NCBI GenBank assembly: GCA_038087875.1
Contig: CM075991.1
Coordinates: 5,332,112 to 5,396,000 of the forward strand
DNA: 63,889 bases
Origin: Malacoraja senta
Taxonomy: Eukaryota
Reading direction: 5' to 3'
This document shows, piece after piece, positions 13,168-25,600 of the stretch (positions are counted from its first letter, which is position 1; each line of letters begins with the position of its first letter). The notes under the pieces were generated by a model, which worked only from the letters and a program-made list of their open reading frames with translations, searched no databases and had not been told where the DNA came from. Position numbers and translations under genes: made by a program.

Positions 13168-13522
13168 AAAGTTTATTTTATTGTCATGTGTAGCGAGGTA
13201 CAATGTAAAGCTTTCTGTTGCGTGCTACACAGTCAGCAGAAAGACTATACATGATTACAATTGAGCTGTCCAATGTACAGATACAGGGTAAATGGTAGCT
13301 CAGGACCGCTCGCTAGTTGTTGATAATATGGTTCAGTTGCCTAATGACAGCTGGGAAAAACTGCCCATGAATCTTGAGGTAAGCGCTTTCACACTTCTGT
13401 ACCTCTTGCCTGATTGTAGAGGGGAGAAAAAGGAATGACTGGGGTGAGACTCGTCCTTGATTTTGCTGGTGGCCTTGGCGAGGCAGCGTAAAGTGTAGAT
13501 GGAGTCAATGGAAGGGAGGTTG
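13168..13522 (-). mobile_element. Rex1/Babar-type LINE 3' end
   Basis: Minus strand translates approximately LPSIDSIYTLRCLAKATSKIKDESHPSHSFFSPLQSGKRYRSVKALTSRFMGSFFPAVIRQL, followed by a 3'UTR ending tgacaataaa. Confidence 0.78.
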
Positions 13523-13613
13523 AAGAATGTTCATTCCAGGAATGAATAAAGAGTCTTTTTACCCAAGTGTCCTGTTTATTTGTCAGCCAACGTCAAAATA
13601 ATGAGATTAGTTG

Positions 13614-14562
13614 AAAAGGACACAAAATGCTGAAGTAATTCAGCATGTCAGGCAACATTTTTGGAGAATCAGAATCAGAATCACACTTTATTCGCCAAGT
13701 ATGTTTTGCAACATATGAGGAATTTCATTTGCCAGGTCAGTCCATACAAATAAAAAGCAACAGATCACTCAAAAACACATTTTAACATGAACATCCACCA
13801 CAGTGAATCCTACACATTCCTCACTGTGATGGAAGGCGAAATAAAGTTCAAGTCCCTTCCCTTAGTCCTTCCTCGGTCGTGGGTCTCGAGCCCCCGTTGA
13901 CGGGACGATCTTGACTCCGGTAGCCGGCGGCGTTCGGGCCCTCCGCGTCGAGGCGATCTGTTCCCGCATCGGAAGGATGTCAGCTCCCCCGCGCCGGGCG
14001 ATCGAACCTCGCGTCGGGGCTGGTCGAACCTTCCGCGACGTTGCAGCTCCCGACTAGCCTCTCCCGACTGCGAGCCTGATGGTAAATCCGCGGTGGGAGC
14101 GATCCCAGGCAAGGGATCAGCTCCGATGTTAAGTCCGCACCCTGCGATAGGGCTCAAAGTCAGTCCGAGGAGGCTTCCAGTCCATCTATGGAAGGCCGCA
14201 GGGTGACCGGAGAATGTGATTCAAAAATTAATCACATCTCCGGCAAGGTAAGAACTTGAAAAAAAGTTTCCCTCAATCCCCTCCCCCCTCCCCCACATAA
14301 AACAAACAGAAGAACATTAAAACAAACTTTTAATACACAAAAAAACCCAAAAAGAATGAAAAAACGAACAGACTGCCGGCAGGGCAGCCTTCGCCCCGGC
14401 CCCTGGTGATATAGATGGATAGATGCCATTTCGGGTCGAGACCCTTCTTCCTGAAACGTCGCCTGTCCATGTTTTCCAGAAATGCTGCCTGACCTGCTGA
14501 GTTACTCCAGCACATTGTGTCCTTTAGTATATTTTCCAGCATTTGCAGTTCTCCGTTCCCAC
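13614..14562. mobile_element. Penelope pLTR fold-back element interrupted by a GC-rich retroposon
   Basis: Left arm 13614-13667; resumes at about 14410 (atggatagatgccatttcgggtcgagacccttcttc...) with the inverted arm running to about 14560. Confidence 0.75.
13665..14406 (-). mobile_element. GC-rich non-coding retroposon with Rex1/Babar-like tail, apparently full length
   Basis: Same module order as 15524-16405 read on the minus strand; AATAAA + (GATTCT)n tail. Confidence 0.7.
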
Positions 14563-15523
14563 AATGAGATTATCTGCCCATAATCACATTGTGATTGTAT
14601 GCACTTTGACTGATATATATATATACCTAAAAGTTTCACATGACAATAATTCACCAATGAAGTCATCCTTTGCTTGTGCTGCGGAATGATCTAATATTGT
14701 GAAGGATGCTAGAAAAATGCCTGTTTTCTCCTTGTTTGACATTTGTTCAAGATCAAAACATCACAGGCTGGATCACTGCCAGATTTAGCCGTTTCTGTTT
14801 GTTCGCCTGTAGATCTTTAAATCCAAGTCTCTTCTGAGGAAGCGTTAAGATCAAACGAGTAGTTTCAGGAGCTCCCAAGGCAGAGTGCTGGTCTTCCATC
14901 CTTGACCATCAAGGGTTTGAATCCTAGCTGACCCTTCATTGGGAAGAGTTTTCCAGCTCTTGGCTGAGCAACTGGAAGGAATACCGCACTACATCACGCC
15001 ACTACACTTCAGAAAAGGCAGCACACCTTACAAGGCTCCGTCCTGCACCACAGATGCTGATCTTGCCTCAGCTGGTTGCAAAATGAGGGTCTTGACAGCC
15101 ACAGTTTAATTTCAGACCATGAATCATCAGCACATCAACAATAAACAAAGTGACTGCCATTTTTCTTCAAAACAGGTGAAAGTTGGGCCAATTAAAGATC
15201 TGAAATATTCTACTCTAATATTATCGGATTGATGTGAGAAAACCTGGTAGGATAAAAATACATTTGTTTTACAAAATATCTGGCAGAGCTTTTTCTTCGA
15301 TGACATGCAACATTTTGGAGTAAATAGAAACCTGTTTGATTTTGAACGTACAATTATTGTGGCTATCCTTCCTGGCAATGTCCCCCCAAAACATTTGTTG
15401 GTTTGTCCATCTAATTATGGAAGATTGAATACTGATCACACACCAAAAATGACCAATAAATTTGTTTTTTTAACCAATTGGCTCAACAGGTCAACATTTT
15501 TCCTGAGACGAAAGATTGTAAAT

Positions 15524-16405
15524 TCGGTGGGCGGCGCGACTTTCGTCTGCAGCGGCCTCTGCAGTCCGTCTGTCTTTTTATTATTTTTGTCTCGTTTTTA
15601 TGTAGTTTTTTATTCTTTTTTTTTGTCGGGGTATGTGTGTGTGGGGGGTGGGGGTGGGGGTGGGGTGGGGAAACTTTGAAATCTTTCCGCTGCACGGGAG
15701 ACCCGACCTTTTCTTTGTCGGGTCTCCGTTGTCGTTGGGGCTGGGCAACGTGGTGCGGCCTCCAGCAGGAACGACCTGGGGCTCCCGTGGAGCTGCGGAC
15801 TACTCATCGTCGCGGGGCTGGCCGAGTCCGGAGCGGGTGGAGCTGTGGTGGAGCGCTGCAGCTACCCGACCGCCGGAGATTCGGAGGCTACAACCGCGGG
15901 TCTGGCGGACGGCAACACTGGAAGCCCGCGGGTCCCCTGGTGGGAGACCGCTTTTCGGGGCTTCCGCAGTGGCGACTTCTCCCGCCCGAGTTGCGGGGTT
16001 GAAGAGCACCTGGAGCGGGGCTTTATCCCCCCGCGCGGCTTGGAATGGCCACTGAACTTTGCGGGTGCGCGCCGGGGCTCTAACACCAAGACCCGGTGCG
16101 CGACCTTGCATCACCCGGCGTGGCTTTAATGGCTGCGGGACAATCACCATCGCCCGCCGGGGGCTTTGACTTTGACTCTGACATCGGGGGGGAGTGCAGT
16201 GGAGAGATACGTTTTTTTGCCTTCCATCACAGCGCTGTGATGGATGTATGTGTAAATTGTGTTGTGTCTCGGGTCTTCTTCGTTTTGTATTGTATGGCTG
16301 CAGAAACGACATTTCGTTTGGACCTCAAGGGGTCCAAATGACAAATTTGTCCAAAAGACAAATAAATTGAATTGAATTGAATTGAATTGAATCCAATTAA
16401 ATTGA
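15524..16405 (+). mobile_element. GC-rich non-coding retroposon with Rex1/Babar-like tail, apparently full length
   Basis: GC head, T-rich tract, G-run, GC-rich body, hairpins, AATAAA and (ATTGA)n tail; no recognisable protein. Confidence 0.7.
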
Positions 16406-16544
16406 ATGGTTGCAAACATTAAACCAGAAAAAGATTGCAGCTTGAATTCTGATTTTAACATATTGATATCACAACATCCGAGAGCCACGGCGACATCTTA
16501 AATCCACAAATTTTGTTAGCACATCATTGTATGTTTAATCATTT

Positions 16545-16818
16545 TAATGTGAGGGGGCAAAGTTTAAGAGAGATGTATGGTACCTTTGTTTTTACACAGA
16601 GAGTGCCGAGTGCCTGGAACACGCTGCCAGGCCAGATGGTTGAGGCAGATACGATAGTGGCATTCAAGAGACTTTTGGATAGGCATGTGAATATGCGGGG
16701 CATGGAGGGATATGGATTATGTGCAGGTAGTTAAGAGAGGTCGTTGGCCTCATCTTCGGCACAGATATCGTGAGCCGAAGAGCCTTTTATTGTGCTGGAC
16801 TGTTCCATGTTCTATGTC
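16545..16818 (+). mobile_element. CR1 3' end fragment
   Basis: FTQRVPSAWNTLPGQMVEADTIVAFKRLLDRHVNMRGMEGYG plus ctgttccatgttctatg tail. Similar short CR1 3' pieces at about 21535-21967, 34798-34946, 35483-35662, 53133-53330, 54460-54728, 56140-56368, 59570-60112, 10560-11080 and 12490-12910 (plus), and 7285-7560, 2700-2935 and 62390-62730 (minus). Confidence 0.75.
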
Positions 16819-17529
16819 TGAGGACCACGAAGCAAATCAATATTCGCAGGTTCCATATGTAGCCTAGAAAGAACCCCAAAAGGTGTTTGCGTTTCACCTA
16901 TAGATCCACACACTACCAGTAGAAGACAGAGCAAATAATTTTATTTAATCGTCAATGACTAGCCAAATTTGTCCACGATCCTTCTTGTTAATCTAATAAT
17001 TTGCCAGACGCTACAACCACAGATCATTCTGCACAATTTTGATTGTGTAAATCAACATAAGCAAAGAAAACTTGCCTGCAAATAGTGCTGCGACATAGCA
17101 ATGACAAAGTGTTTGAGTCTTGTCCCCAATGTCTACAAGATGCAAGAACATAAGACACTGAACCAGTGGTAATCCATGTCTCCCTCTTTCCTACTCTGCC
17201 ATTCTATGAGATCATAGTTAATCATTTATCTCATTAACACTTTCCTGCATTGACCATAAAATCTCTTAATATGTAAAAGTGTATTGTCGTCTGTCTTGAA
17301 TATATCAAATGACCGAGTCTCCAAAGCTTTCCTGCATAAACAATTCTAAATATCTGCTTCTCTCAGGGTGAAGAAATTTCAGCGCATCCAAGTATAGAGA
17401 TAACTCTAAAGGAAGAAGATTTGTCGGTGTCACCTCTCCTTGTAGGACAATCGCACTCACGTCCTTGTCTCTTTACCTGGCTTATCTACAACCCCCGAAA
17501 CCTCTGCACCCTCCTCACATCACCCAGTT

Positions 17530-18775
17530 GTGAATGATCTAAAGTGGCCTGGCACAGAGGATTTAGTGGTGGTGATGTTTTTAATCTGACTGAAGTTCCG
17601 TTACCAGTGGTGTTCCACAGGGATTAGCGTCGGGACCTCTGTTGGCTGTGGTGTATATCATTGATTGGGACAAAAATGTAAATGGGCAGATTAGCAAGTT
17701 TGGAGACGACACAAAATTGGTGGAGTTGCAGAGAGTGCAGAGGTTGTCAAAGAATACAGCATGATTATAGGTCAATTGTAAATATGGGTGGAGAAATGGC
17801 AGATGGAATTTAATCTAAACAAGTTTCTATTTACTCCAAAATGTTGCACTTAAGGAGGTCAAATGCAAGAGGAAAATATACAGTCAATGACAGGAGCCTT
17901 GGGAGCAATGATGTACAGAGAGATTTTGGGGTATGTCCATTGCTCATTGAAAGCAGCAACACAAGTGTAAAAGGTGATTAAAGTGGTGTATGGCACGCTT
18001 GCCTTCATTGCTCGGGGCATTGAGTGTGAAGGTCAGGAAGTCATGTTGCAGCTGTATAAAACATTTGGAGTATTGCATGTAGGTTTAGTTGCCACATCAC
18101 AGAAAGGATACAGAGGCTTTGGAGAGTGTGCAAAAACAGATTCATGAGGTAGAGAGTGTAGAGAGTGCTAACCCTAAGGAGAGGGTGGATAAACTTGGGA
18201 TTGTTTTTGCTGGAACATCAGTAGTCAGAGACCTAAAGGAGTACACAATAATATGAGAGGCATGGATAAGGTAGAAGATTTTTCTCCCCACATGCAATTG
18301 GAGTTGTACCCCAAGATCGACAAAATGCTGGAGTAACTCGGCGGGACAGGCAGCATCTCTGCAGAGAAGGAATGGGTGACGCTCCCGGTCATCCCGGATG
18401 ACCCGAAACATCATCTATTGCTTCTCTCCAGAGATGCTGCCTGTCCTGCTGGGTTACTCCAGCATTTTGTGTCTATCTTCGGTATAAACCAGCATCTGCA
18501 GTTCCTTCCTACACACTGCACCTCAAGATCCTTCTGCATATCATGTTCCTAAGATTGCTGCTATTTACTGTCTATTTTTATCTTACATTTCACCTTTTCT
18601 CCCCCCATGATGGTAATGTCAAATACTAAAGGCATAGCTATAAGGCAAGAGGGGGAAATACTAAAGGAGATGTGCGAGGCAATTAAGAAAAAAACAATGT
18701 GGGAAGTGTCTGAAACGCACCACCTAGAGGTCGGCGGAAACAGATACAGCAGTGATGTTTGAAAGACATGTGGAA
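17530..18775 (+). mobile_element. Old degraded CR1 RT fragment
   Basis: gttaccagtggtgttccacagggattagcgtcgggacctctg (VTSGVPQG..GP) and agcaagtttggagacgacacaaaattgg (KFADDTK-like); interrupted by 18319-18516. Confidence 0.78.
18319..18516. mobile_element. Penelope pLTR-derived fold-back element
   Basis: Inverted arms; imperfect TSD TGTACCCCAAGATC (18305-18318) / TGCACCTCAAGATC (18517-18530). Confidence 0.8.
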
Positions 18776-19092
18776 GGGGTGGCAAAGTGATGCAGTTGGA
18801 TAGAGGCTGCTGCCTCACAGCACCAGAGGTCCAGGTTCAATCATGACCTCGAGTGCTAATTGTGTGGAGTTCTCACGTTCTCCCACGTGGGTTTCCTCCG
18901 GGTGCTCTAACTTTCTCCCACAACCCAAAGACTTGCAGGTCAGTAGGTTAATTGCCACTGTAAATTGCCCCTAGTAATTAGGAGTGGATGAGAGAGTAGG
19001 ATAACATAGAATAAGTGTGGACGGGTGATTATTGGTCGCCGTGGACTTGGTGGTCTAGAGGGCCTGTTTCCACGCTATATCTTTCAATTAAA
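18776..19092 (+). mobile_element. HE1-like SINE
   Basis: ggggtggcaaagtgatgcag...ggttcaatc head; gtgggtttcctccgggtgctctaactttctccca V-domain; gggcctgtttccacgct tail. Confidence 0.82.
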
Positions 19093-20724
19093 TCCAAAGA
19101 CACATGAACATGCAGAGAAGGGATAGGTACTATTCTATGTTCTATAAAAACAATATGCTGTCAGGGATGTGTGGGCAGCTGGAAAATCTGGGAGGGGGTG
19201 TACATTTAAAAAAAATGCTTGGGTACCTTTGATAGAGACTATAGTTGGAATACCAACATTAAATTACCAACATGGAAATTCAAGAGAGGAGTGAAATAAA
19301 TTTGACATTTTTGCAGCTTTTGTAAAAAGGCGATTGCAATTTTTGGAAAATCCCAACCTTCAGAAACCATGTGAAAATGATTACAAATTGCAGCAAAATC
19401 ACAGAACACACCAGATTGAACCAAAGGGGATGATGCACTTAAAACAGCGGAATTTTTAACTCTGCAAGGCAACACGCCCTCAAGGAACACGATGCCCCAA
19501 GAAATACTGTGAGGAGGAGAAATCAGGGGATCTATGAGGCTTACAGAATATTGAGTTAGTTCGGTTAGAAAGTGTATAGGAAAAGTAAAGGCAAAGTATT
19601 ATCACGAGGGAGACTAACATTCCCAGGAATCAATGGGAAAGCCTCAATCAGTTTAATCTCAAGTACAATTGATAGAGCAAAGGGAAAGATACCGAGTGCA
19701 GACTATAGTTTTATCAGTTCCATATCCTCAATGGGCAAGAGATGAATCAAATAGTATCCCAGCCTATTGAAGGACTGTTCAGACGCCTAATAATGGAGGG
19801 GAAGAAGCTGTTTCTGAATCTGGCGGTGCATGCTTTCAAGCTTCTGTCCTTTCTTCTCCAAATCTTCTCGAAAAAAATGTAATGACTCCACTCCACTGTG
19901 AGTCCCTGGCAGGAGTATGATGTCATTATCCATACACAGGAAGAACGCAGCAGTGGAGGGTAAAAGGTGGAAGGAACACACCATCTCCCAAACTAGCCAG
20001 TCGCCTGCCCTGTCTTGCCTTTTGCCTCTTCCATTGCCAAGGTTGTGAGTTCCACAATAACCACTTCAGAACCCACACACCTTGTTAGAAGCGCGTCATC
20101 CTTGATTTCCAAGGACTGTCGAAGAAGAAAAAAACACCAACAATGATTGCTGGGGTTGATAGCCCTTCACTTGGTTGTAATTATATGTTATGCCCCACAA
20201 CAATGATTTCTTGGGCAATGTTCCAAGGGAAAAGTGGTGCAGATCACACAAAAGAGGATGTTTAAAAGAGGAAGTCAGTGAGTGCACAATTAGCTTGTTA
20301 TGTTTACAATAACTTTAACCAGCATTACTCAGTGTGCTCCTGCTCTGAAGGGGATGATTAAAAAGGATCTGTGATCCTCATAGTCCTGGTCTCCACACAA
20401 ACCACGAGTCCCTTCTGTGTATAGTGGCACATATAGGTGCAACCAAAGCTGGGACATCACAACTGCTCTGAAACCTTGAATAACAACAGCAGCAAGATTC
20501 ACCATTACTGCCCTTATTATATAGGAGGGGCATTGGCACAGTGCTGCCAGACAAGAGTAATAGAGCATCCCACTGTAATGCCTACCTATGTGTTTTTGCC
20601 TCACAGTTGCCTGCGACTTTATACAGCAGGCACTAAAACAGGGTTCAATCAACACTTGAAAAATGATCCCCATCAAATTTATCTCTAAATGAACAGGAAC
20701 AAACCTGTGTGTCTGAAAACCATT

Positions 20725-20922
20725 GTAGAAACAAGGAACTGCAGATGCTGGTTTACAAAAAAAAAACACAAAGTGCTGGACTAACTCAGCGGTTCGGGCA
20801 GTATCTCCATAGAACATGGATAGGTGACGTTTCAGGTTGGGACCTGACCCGAAACATCGCCCATCCATGTTCTCCAAAGATGCAGCCTGGTCCGCTGAGT
20901 TACTCCAGCACATTGTGTCTTC
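20725..20922. mobile_element. Penelope pLTR-derived fold-back element (older)
   Basis: gtagaaacaaggaactgcagatgctgg end plus inverted arms; degenerate flanks tgtctgaaaaccatt / tgtctggaggccatt. Confidence 0.78.
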
Positions 20923-21027
20923 TGTCTGGAGGCCATTATTGAGTTACCTGGGCCATTCAATTGAGTTTGAGGCATGTGTGCTCGACACAGCCTGCCCATC
21001 TGAATCAACCAAGCACAGATATAACTA

Positions 21028-21188
21028 AGGTACACAAAAATGCTGGAGAAACTCAGCGGGTGCAGCAGCATCTATGGAGCGAAGGAAAAGCCTATTTCCT
21101 TCGCTCCATAGATGCTGCTGCACCCGCTGAGTTTCTCCAGCATTTTTGTGTACCTTCGATTTTCCAGCATCTGCAGTTCCTTCTTTAA
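21028..21188. mobile_element. Penelope pLTR-derived fold-back element (young)
   Basis: About 60-bp perfect inverted arms; TSD CACAGATATAACTA at 21014-21027 and 21189-21202. Confidence 0.9.
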
Positions 21189-21239
21189 CACAGATATAAC
21201 TAGTTCTTCAGCACTGGCGATGTTATTGCAGGAGGGATT

Positions 21240-21500
21240 GCACATATTGATTCACTTAACGTGCCAGGTTTTCAGCTGAACACTTGTGCTTGGGCCTCAA
21301 AGGCCTGTTGGATCTCCTGGTTGCTAACCATTTTAACTCCCCTTCCCATTCCCACACTGACCTTACTATCCTGGGGCTCCTTCACTGCCAGAGTGATGCC
21401 ACACGCAAACTGGAGGAACAGCACCTCATATTCCACTTGGGTAGCTTACAACCCAACGGTATGAACATTGATTTTGCCAATATTAGGTAACTAACCTACA
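21240..21500 (+). mobile_element. Penelope-like GIY-YIG C-terminal fragment
   Basis: ORF 21284-21490 LVANHFNSPSHSHTDLTILGLLHCQSDATRKLEEQHLIFHLGSLQPNGMNIDFANIR*, homologous to the 25630 and 40560 copies. Confidence 0.82.
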
Positions 21501-22281
21501 AGCAATAGCTACCGGGGGTCATAGCTACAGCGAGCAGTTGTACAGATGGATTGCTTTCTCTGGAACGCCTGAGATTACAGGGTTACAGGAAGACCTGATG
21601 GAGGTATATAAAATTATGAATGGCATAGATAGGGTAGACAGTCAGAACCTTTTTCCCAGGACGGAAAAAGCACATACCAGAGGACATCGCTTTAAGGTGA
21701 CAGAGGCAAAGTTTAAAGGAGATATGCAGGGCAATTTGTTTTAACACAGAGGGCGGTGAGTGCCAGGAACGTGCTGCTGGGGGTAGAGCCTGAAGCAGAT
21801 ACTTTAATAGCATTTAAAAGCCTTTTGGATAGGCATATGGATATGCAGGGAATGGAGGGATATTGGTTATGTGCAGGAAGATAAGTAATGATCCTGGCAT
21901 CATGTTCGGCACAGCAATTGTGGGCCAAAGGGCCTGCTCTTGTGCTGCACTGTTCTAGGGGTTCTATAAATCTAAATTACAATTACAGGCAGAGGAAATA
22001 AGGTGTCCATAAAAAGGACAAAGATTTCAGAATAATTTTCTCAATCAATGTTATATTCTGATGAAATGTTTGTCCTCCAGACATGAATAAAAATCCACAA
22101 GTTTCAAAAACTTGTGAAATGCAGCAAACTGCACATTAATGCTAATCACTCTAACCTTCTGAAACACACATTCCATAGAACAAGCACCTGTCAATGACTC
22201 TGACAAGCTATCAAAAGAACCCGTTCTTCTGCTGCAAATAACTGGCAATAAAGGGCAACTGGTAACGGTTGAAATATAAGA

Positions 22282-22374
22282 AGGTAGACAAAAATGCTGT
22301 AGAGACTCAGTGGGTGAGGCAGCATCTATGGAGCGAAGGAAACAGGCGACCTTTTGGGCCGAGACCCTTCCTCA
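22282..22374 (-). mobile_element. Single-arm Penelope pLTR copy about 55 nt from the BIN3 exon donor
   Basis: aggtagacaaaaatgctg...gagacccttcctcag; TSD GAAATATAAGA at 22271-22281 and 22375-22385. Hammerhead GAAA box mutated to AAAA. Confidence 0.85.
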
Positions 22375-22428
22375 GAAATATAAGATGTGTGCGGAAATGA
22401 AGAAAAGTTAATTCTGCTCATCGCCTAC

Positions 22429-22563
22429 CTGGGCACGAATCAGAGCTTCAAAGCTTGGTTGAAAGTAGTCGATGCGACTGTTGTAAAACTTTGGCATCTC
22501 ATCGAGAAGCTGCTTGTTTTTGGCTTCAAAATCTTCTCGAACTGGCCTTAGCTCCTCCTTTAC
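22429..22563 (-). CDS. BIN3: BIN3 internal coding exon (135 nt)
   Basis: tattttgtag|GTA AAG...GCC CAG|gtaggc. Translates VKEELRPVREDFEAKNKQLLDEMPKFYNSRIDYFQPSFEALIRAQ, matching the penultimate BIN3 exon; phase 0/0. Confidence 0.96.
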
Positions 22564-23335
22564 CTACAAAATACAAACAGCATGAGAGTTGTGATGTTTG
22601 TGTCCTGCACGGCTTTGAACTCAGTAATGAGGAATGCGAATGAGAAGTAGCAGGAAAGAAGGTTTGGAACAGCACTGGGCAAAGAAATACATTTGCAAGT
22701 GCCAAGTTCAAATGGTTCAGATTAAAGTTTGCCAGTAATTCACTGATAACACAGTGGAGCGAGATTCACTCTGCTGTGGAACCAACATCAGAGATTTAAG
22801 TAAAAAATTGAGGTGCAAACCAAGTGCTAAACAACAGACATCAAAAAAGCTTAGTCATCTTATAACGAGCAGAAAGGTTCTGCAATCCTTTCACATCCAG
22901 TTGTGATTAATGGTGGAGAACTAAACAACTAAGAAGCCAGGTGACTCTCTGAATGCTGGTCCCAGAAACAGATTTGAAATTGTTCATAACAATCGCTCCA
23001 CTCTTTTAAACCTCTACTCCAACAGCAGTTTATCTTGTATCTGTACACTGTGGATGGCTTGATTGTAATCATTTATAGTCATTCTGCTGAATGGATAGCA
23101 CGCAACAAACAAAAAGCTTTTCACTGTACCTGGATACATGTGACAATAAACTAAACTAAATTTGGAGCAGGCTCCAAGACTATCTTTGTCCTAAATGATG
23201 TTGGGACGCAGAATATGAGCGTTAAAGTCAACGATGATGCATTTGGAGCCAAGTTCATGCAGAAATGCCCTATGAACTATCTATTTTGGCTTCTTCCCAT
23301 GACCCCCACCATTACAGAAGCAATTCTTCAGCCAA

Positions 23336-23532
23336 GGTAGACAAAATTGCTGGAGAAACTCAGCGGGTGCAGCAGCATCTATGGAGCGAAGGAAATAGGC
23401 AACATTTCGGGCCAAAACCCTTCTTCAGACGTTGCCTATTTCCTTCGCTCCATAGATGCTGCTTCACCCGCTGAGTTTCTCCAGCATTTTTGTCTACCTT
23501 TGATTTTCCAGCATCTGCAGTTCCTTCTTAAA
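23336..23532. mobile_element. Penelope pLTR-derived fold-back element (young)
   Basis: Inverted arms; TSD CAATTCTTCAGCCAA at 23321-23335 and 23533-23547. Confidence 0.9.
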
Positions 23533-23863
23533 CAATTCTTCAGCCAATTCTATTCACTCCACGATACATAAGTAAAAACAGGTGGCATTTGTTTACAGCA
23601 AAGGCTATGGGTGCAAAAAAAAAACAACTGGCAGTGGTACTGAAGATCTGTGCTCAACAACTAACCATACTTCTGGCAACCTGTTCCCCGTTGTAGTATA
23701 ATTACAACGCTAGCTTCTAACTGACAGTGAGAATTGTCTAGGTATGTCCTGTTTACCAGATTGCCTAATTATCACCAATCACCAATGTGACTCACCCCCT
23801 GACACCCCAAATCCTTTCCACCATCTCAAAGACATATATGAGGACTGTCATGGAGTTCTCTCT

Positions 23864-24082
23864 GTAGAAACAAGGAACTGCAGATGCTGGGTTACACAGA
23901 GGGACACAAAGTGCTGGGGTAACACACTACTTCAGGCAGTATCACTGGCGAACGTGGATCGGTGACGTTTCGGGTCAGGACCCTTTTTCAGTCTGAAGAA
24001 GGGTCCTGACCCGAAACATCACCTATTCACATTCTCCAGAGATACTGCTTGAGCTGCTGAGTAACTCCAGCATTCTGTGTGC
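23864..24082. mobile_element. Penelope pLTR fold-back element with two head-to-head hammerhead-like motifs
   Basis: ggtgacgtttcgggtcaggaccctttttcag|tctgaagaagggtcctgacccgaaacatcacc at 23961-24023; each motif carries one core or helix III mutation. Confidence 0.8.
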
Positions 24083-24853
24083 TATTATAGGATTCTCGCT
24101 GCTGGTTTCAGTGCAGCTCTGGCAAAACTCAGCAAGCTTAATAGCATCCAGGACAAAGCAGCCCAGCTGATTGAGAGCACCTCCAACATCCCGAACCTGC
24201 CCCTGCAAACCGTAATTCTAAAGATGGGTGACCCTTCCGAAGAGTGGTCAATCTCTGGTTCAGTTCCAACTTTGCGCTTAGTCTGTTCACCATGATGGGA
24301 TAGCTGGGGGCAATCTCGTAAGCCAGGGTGAAAAAAAAGACTCCAATGCAGCAATTCAAGAAACGTTGACAGCAGAACCAAGCTCTTCCATGACCATGAC
24401 CAAATATCCTGACATCACTGGTGGTCAAAGCCACTTTGCTTTATCTGATTCATCTTGTAGGGGGGAGGGACGAAGAAGGGAGAAACATCTGCAATAGATT
24501 ATTTTTCTTTCCCACATTTGGAACAAATAAAACTGTTTGCAGTTTACAATTACCTTGTGCCTCAACCTGCATTGGGGAATATGATTCAAACCAACCATGA
24601 TGCACATTTAAGATCCTACCAACCACTCTGTAACTTTAAGAAAAGCCACGCAAAAACACATACTGCATCTAGATCTCAATGGGTCAAGCAATGGGATGGT
24701 CAATGTTTTCAGCCAAACCCTATGGTCTCAACCTGAAATGTCAACCATCCTTTTACCTTCACAGATGCTGCTTGACTTGCTGAGTTCTCCAGATACCATT
24801 TGCAATCTCTCGTGTCTCCAAAGAAAATCAAGGATCATCTTGCTCCTACTTAC

Positions 24854-24995
24854 CTGGTGAAGCTTCACCAGCACAGGTCCAGATTTCTCCTTCTCTTCAT
24901 ACTTTTCCACTTTGGATTGTAATCTTTTGTAATCTTGTAAAGTCTGTTCTCGTCTCTTTACTGCCATATTGAGACTTGGGAAAACATTGCTGAAC
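24854..24995 (-). CDS. BIN3: BIN3 internal coding exon (142 nt)
   Basis: ttttttgttag|G TTC AGC...CAC CAG|gtaagt. Translates (K)FSNVFPSLNMAVKRREQTLQDYKRLQSKVEKYEEKEKSGPVLVKLHQ; its first base completes the AA-G Lys codon of the preceding exon. Confidence 0.96.
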
Positions 24996-25600
24996 CTAAC
25001 AAAAAATAAAATGAGGAAACACTAGTAAAATGTTACAGTTATGAACCTAAATAGAATTCAAAAGCCTTACAGTTAGAAATTGGAGCACGGAATCCAATGA
25101 ACAGGTTGAAATTTGAGTAATTTGCAATCAAAAATGGGCAATAGCTATTTTGCAAGTTATATTTCAAAGGCACATAGGACTAATCAGAGATGACCAGTAG
25201 GGCTTTGTTAATCTGATTGAATTTTTTGAGTAGGTATCGCGATGTATTGACGAGAGTTTTATACAGTGGGACTCGGTGACTCGAAGACTTTATTATCTTT
25301 CACAAAAATATAAATCAAGTTTTTCAGTGTATATATGTAGATGCTGATGATCTGAAGCATCACGCAGAACGGTTTAGGTGGTTCTTCCCCTTCCTCTGCG
25401 TTGATGTACTTACTCAAAAAACAGAAAACATTGGAAACACTCAGCAGGTCAGGAAAAAGAAAGAGTTAACATCTCAAGTTAAAGTGCCTTCGTCAGAAAT
25501 GTGTAACAATTCTGTCCAAAGGTCTTTGACCCGAGATGTTAATGCTGTTTCTCTCTGCACAGATGCTGCCTGACTTGCTGAATGACTCCAGTATTTTCTG

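Noticed and set aside
15478..16341. Overlapping 140-174 aa ORFs on both strands
   Set aside because: Stop-poor GC-rich repeat body; no recognisable domain or consistent frame.
20329..20913. 194-aa minus-strand ORF
   Set aside because: Begins in a pLTR fold-back, low-information sequence, no recognisable homology.
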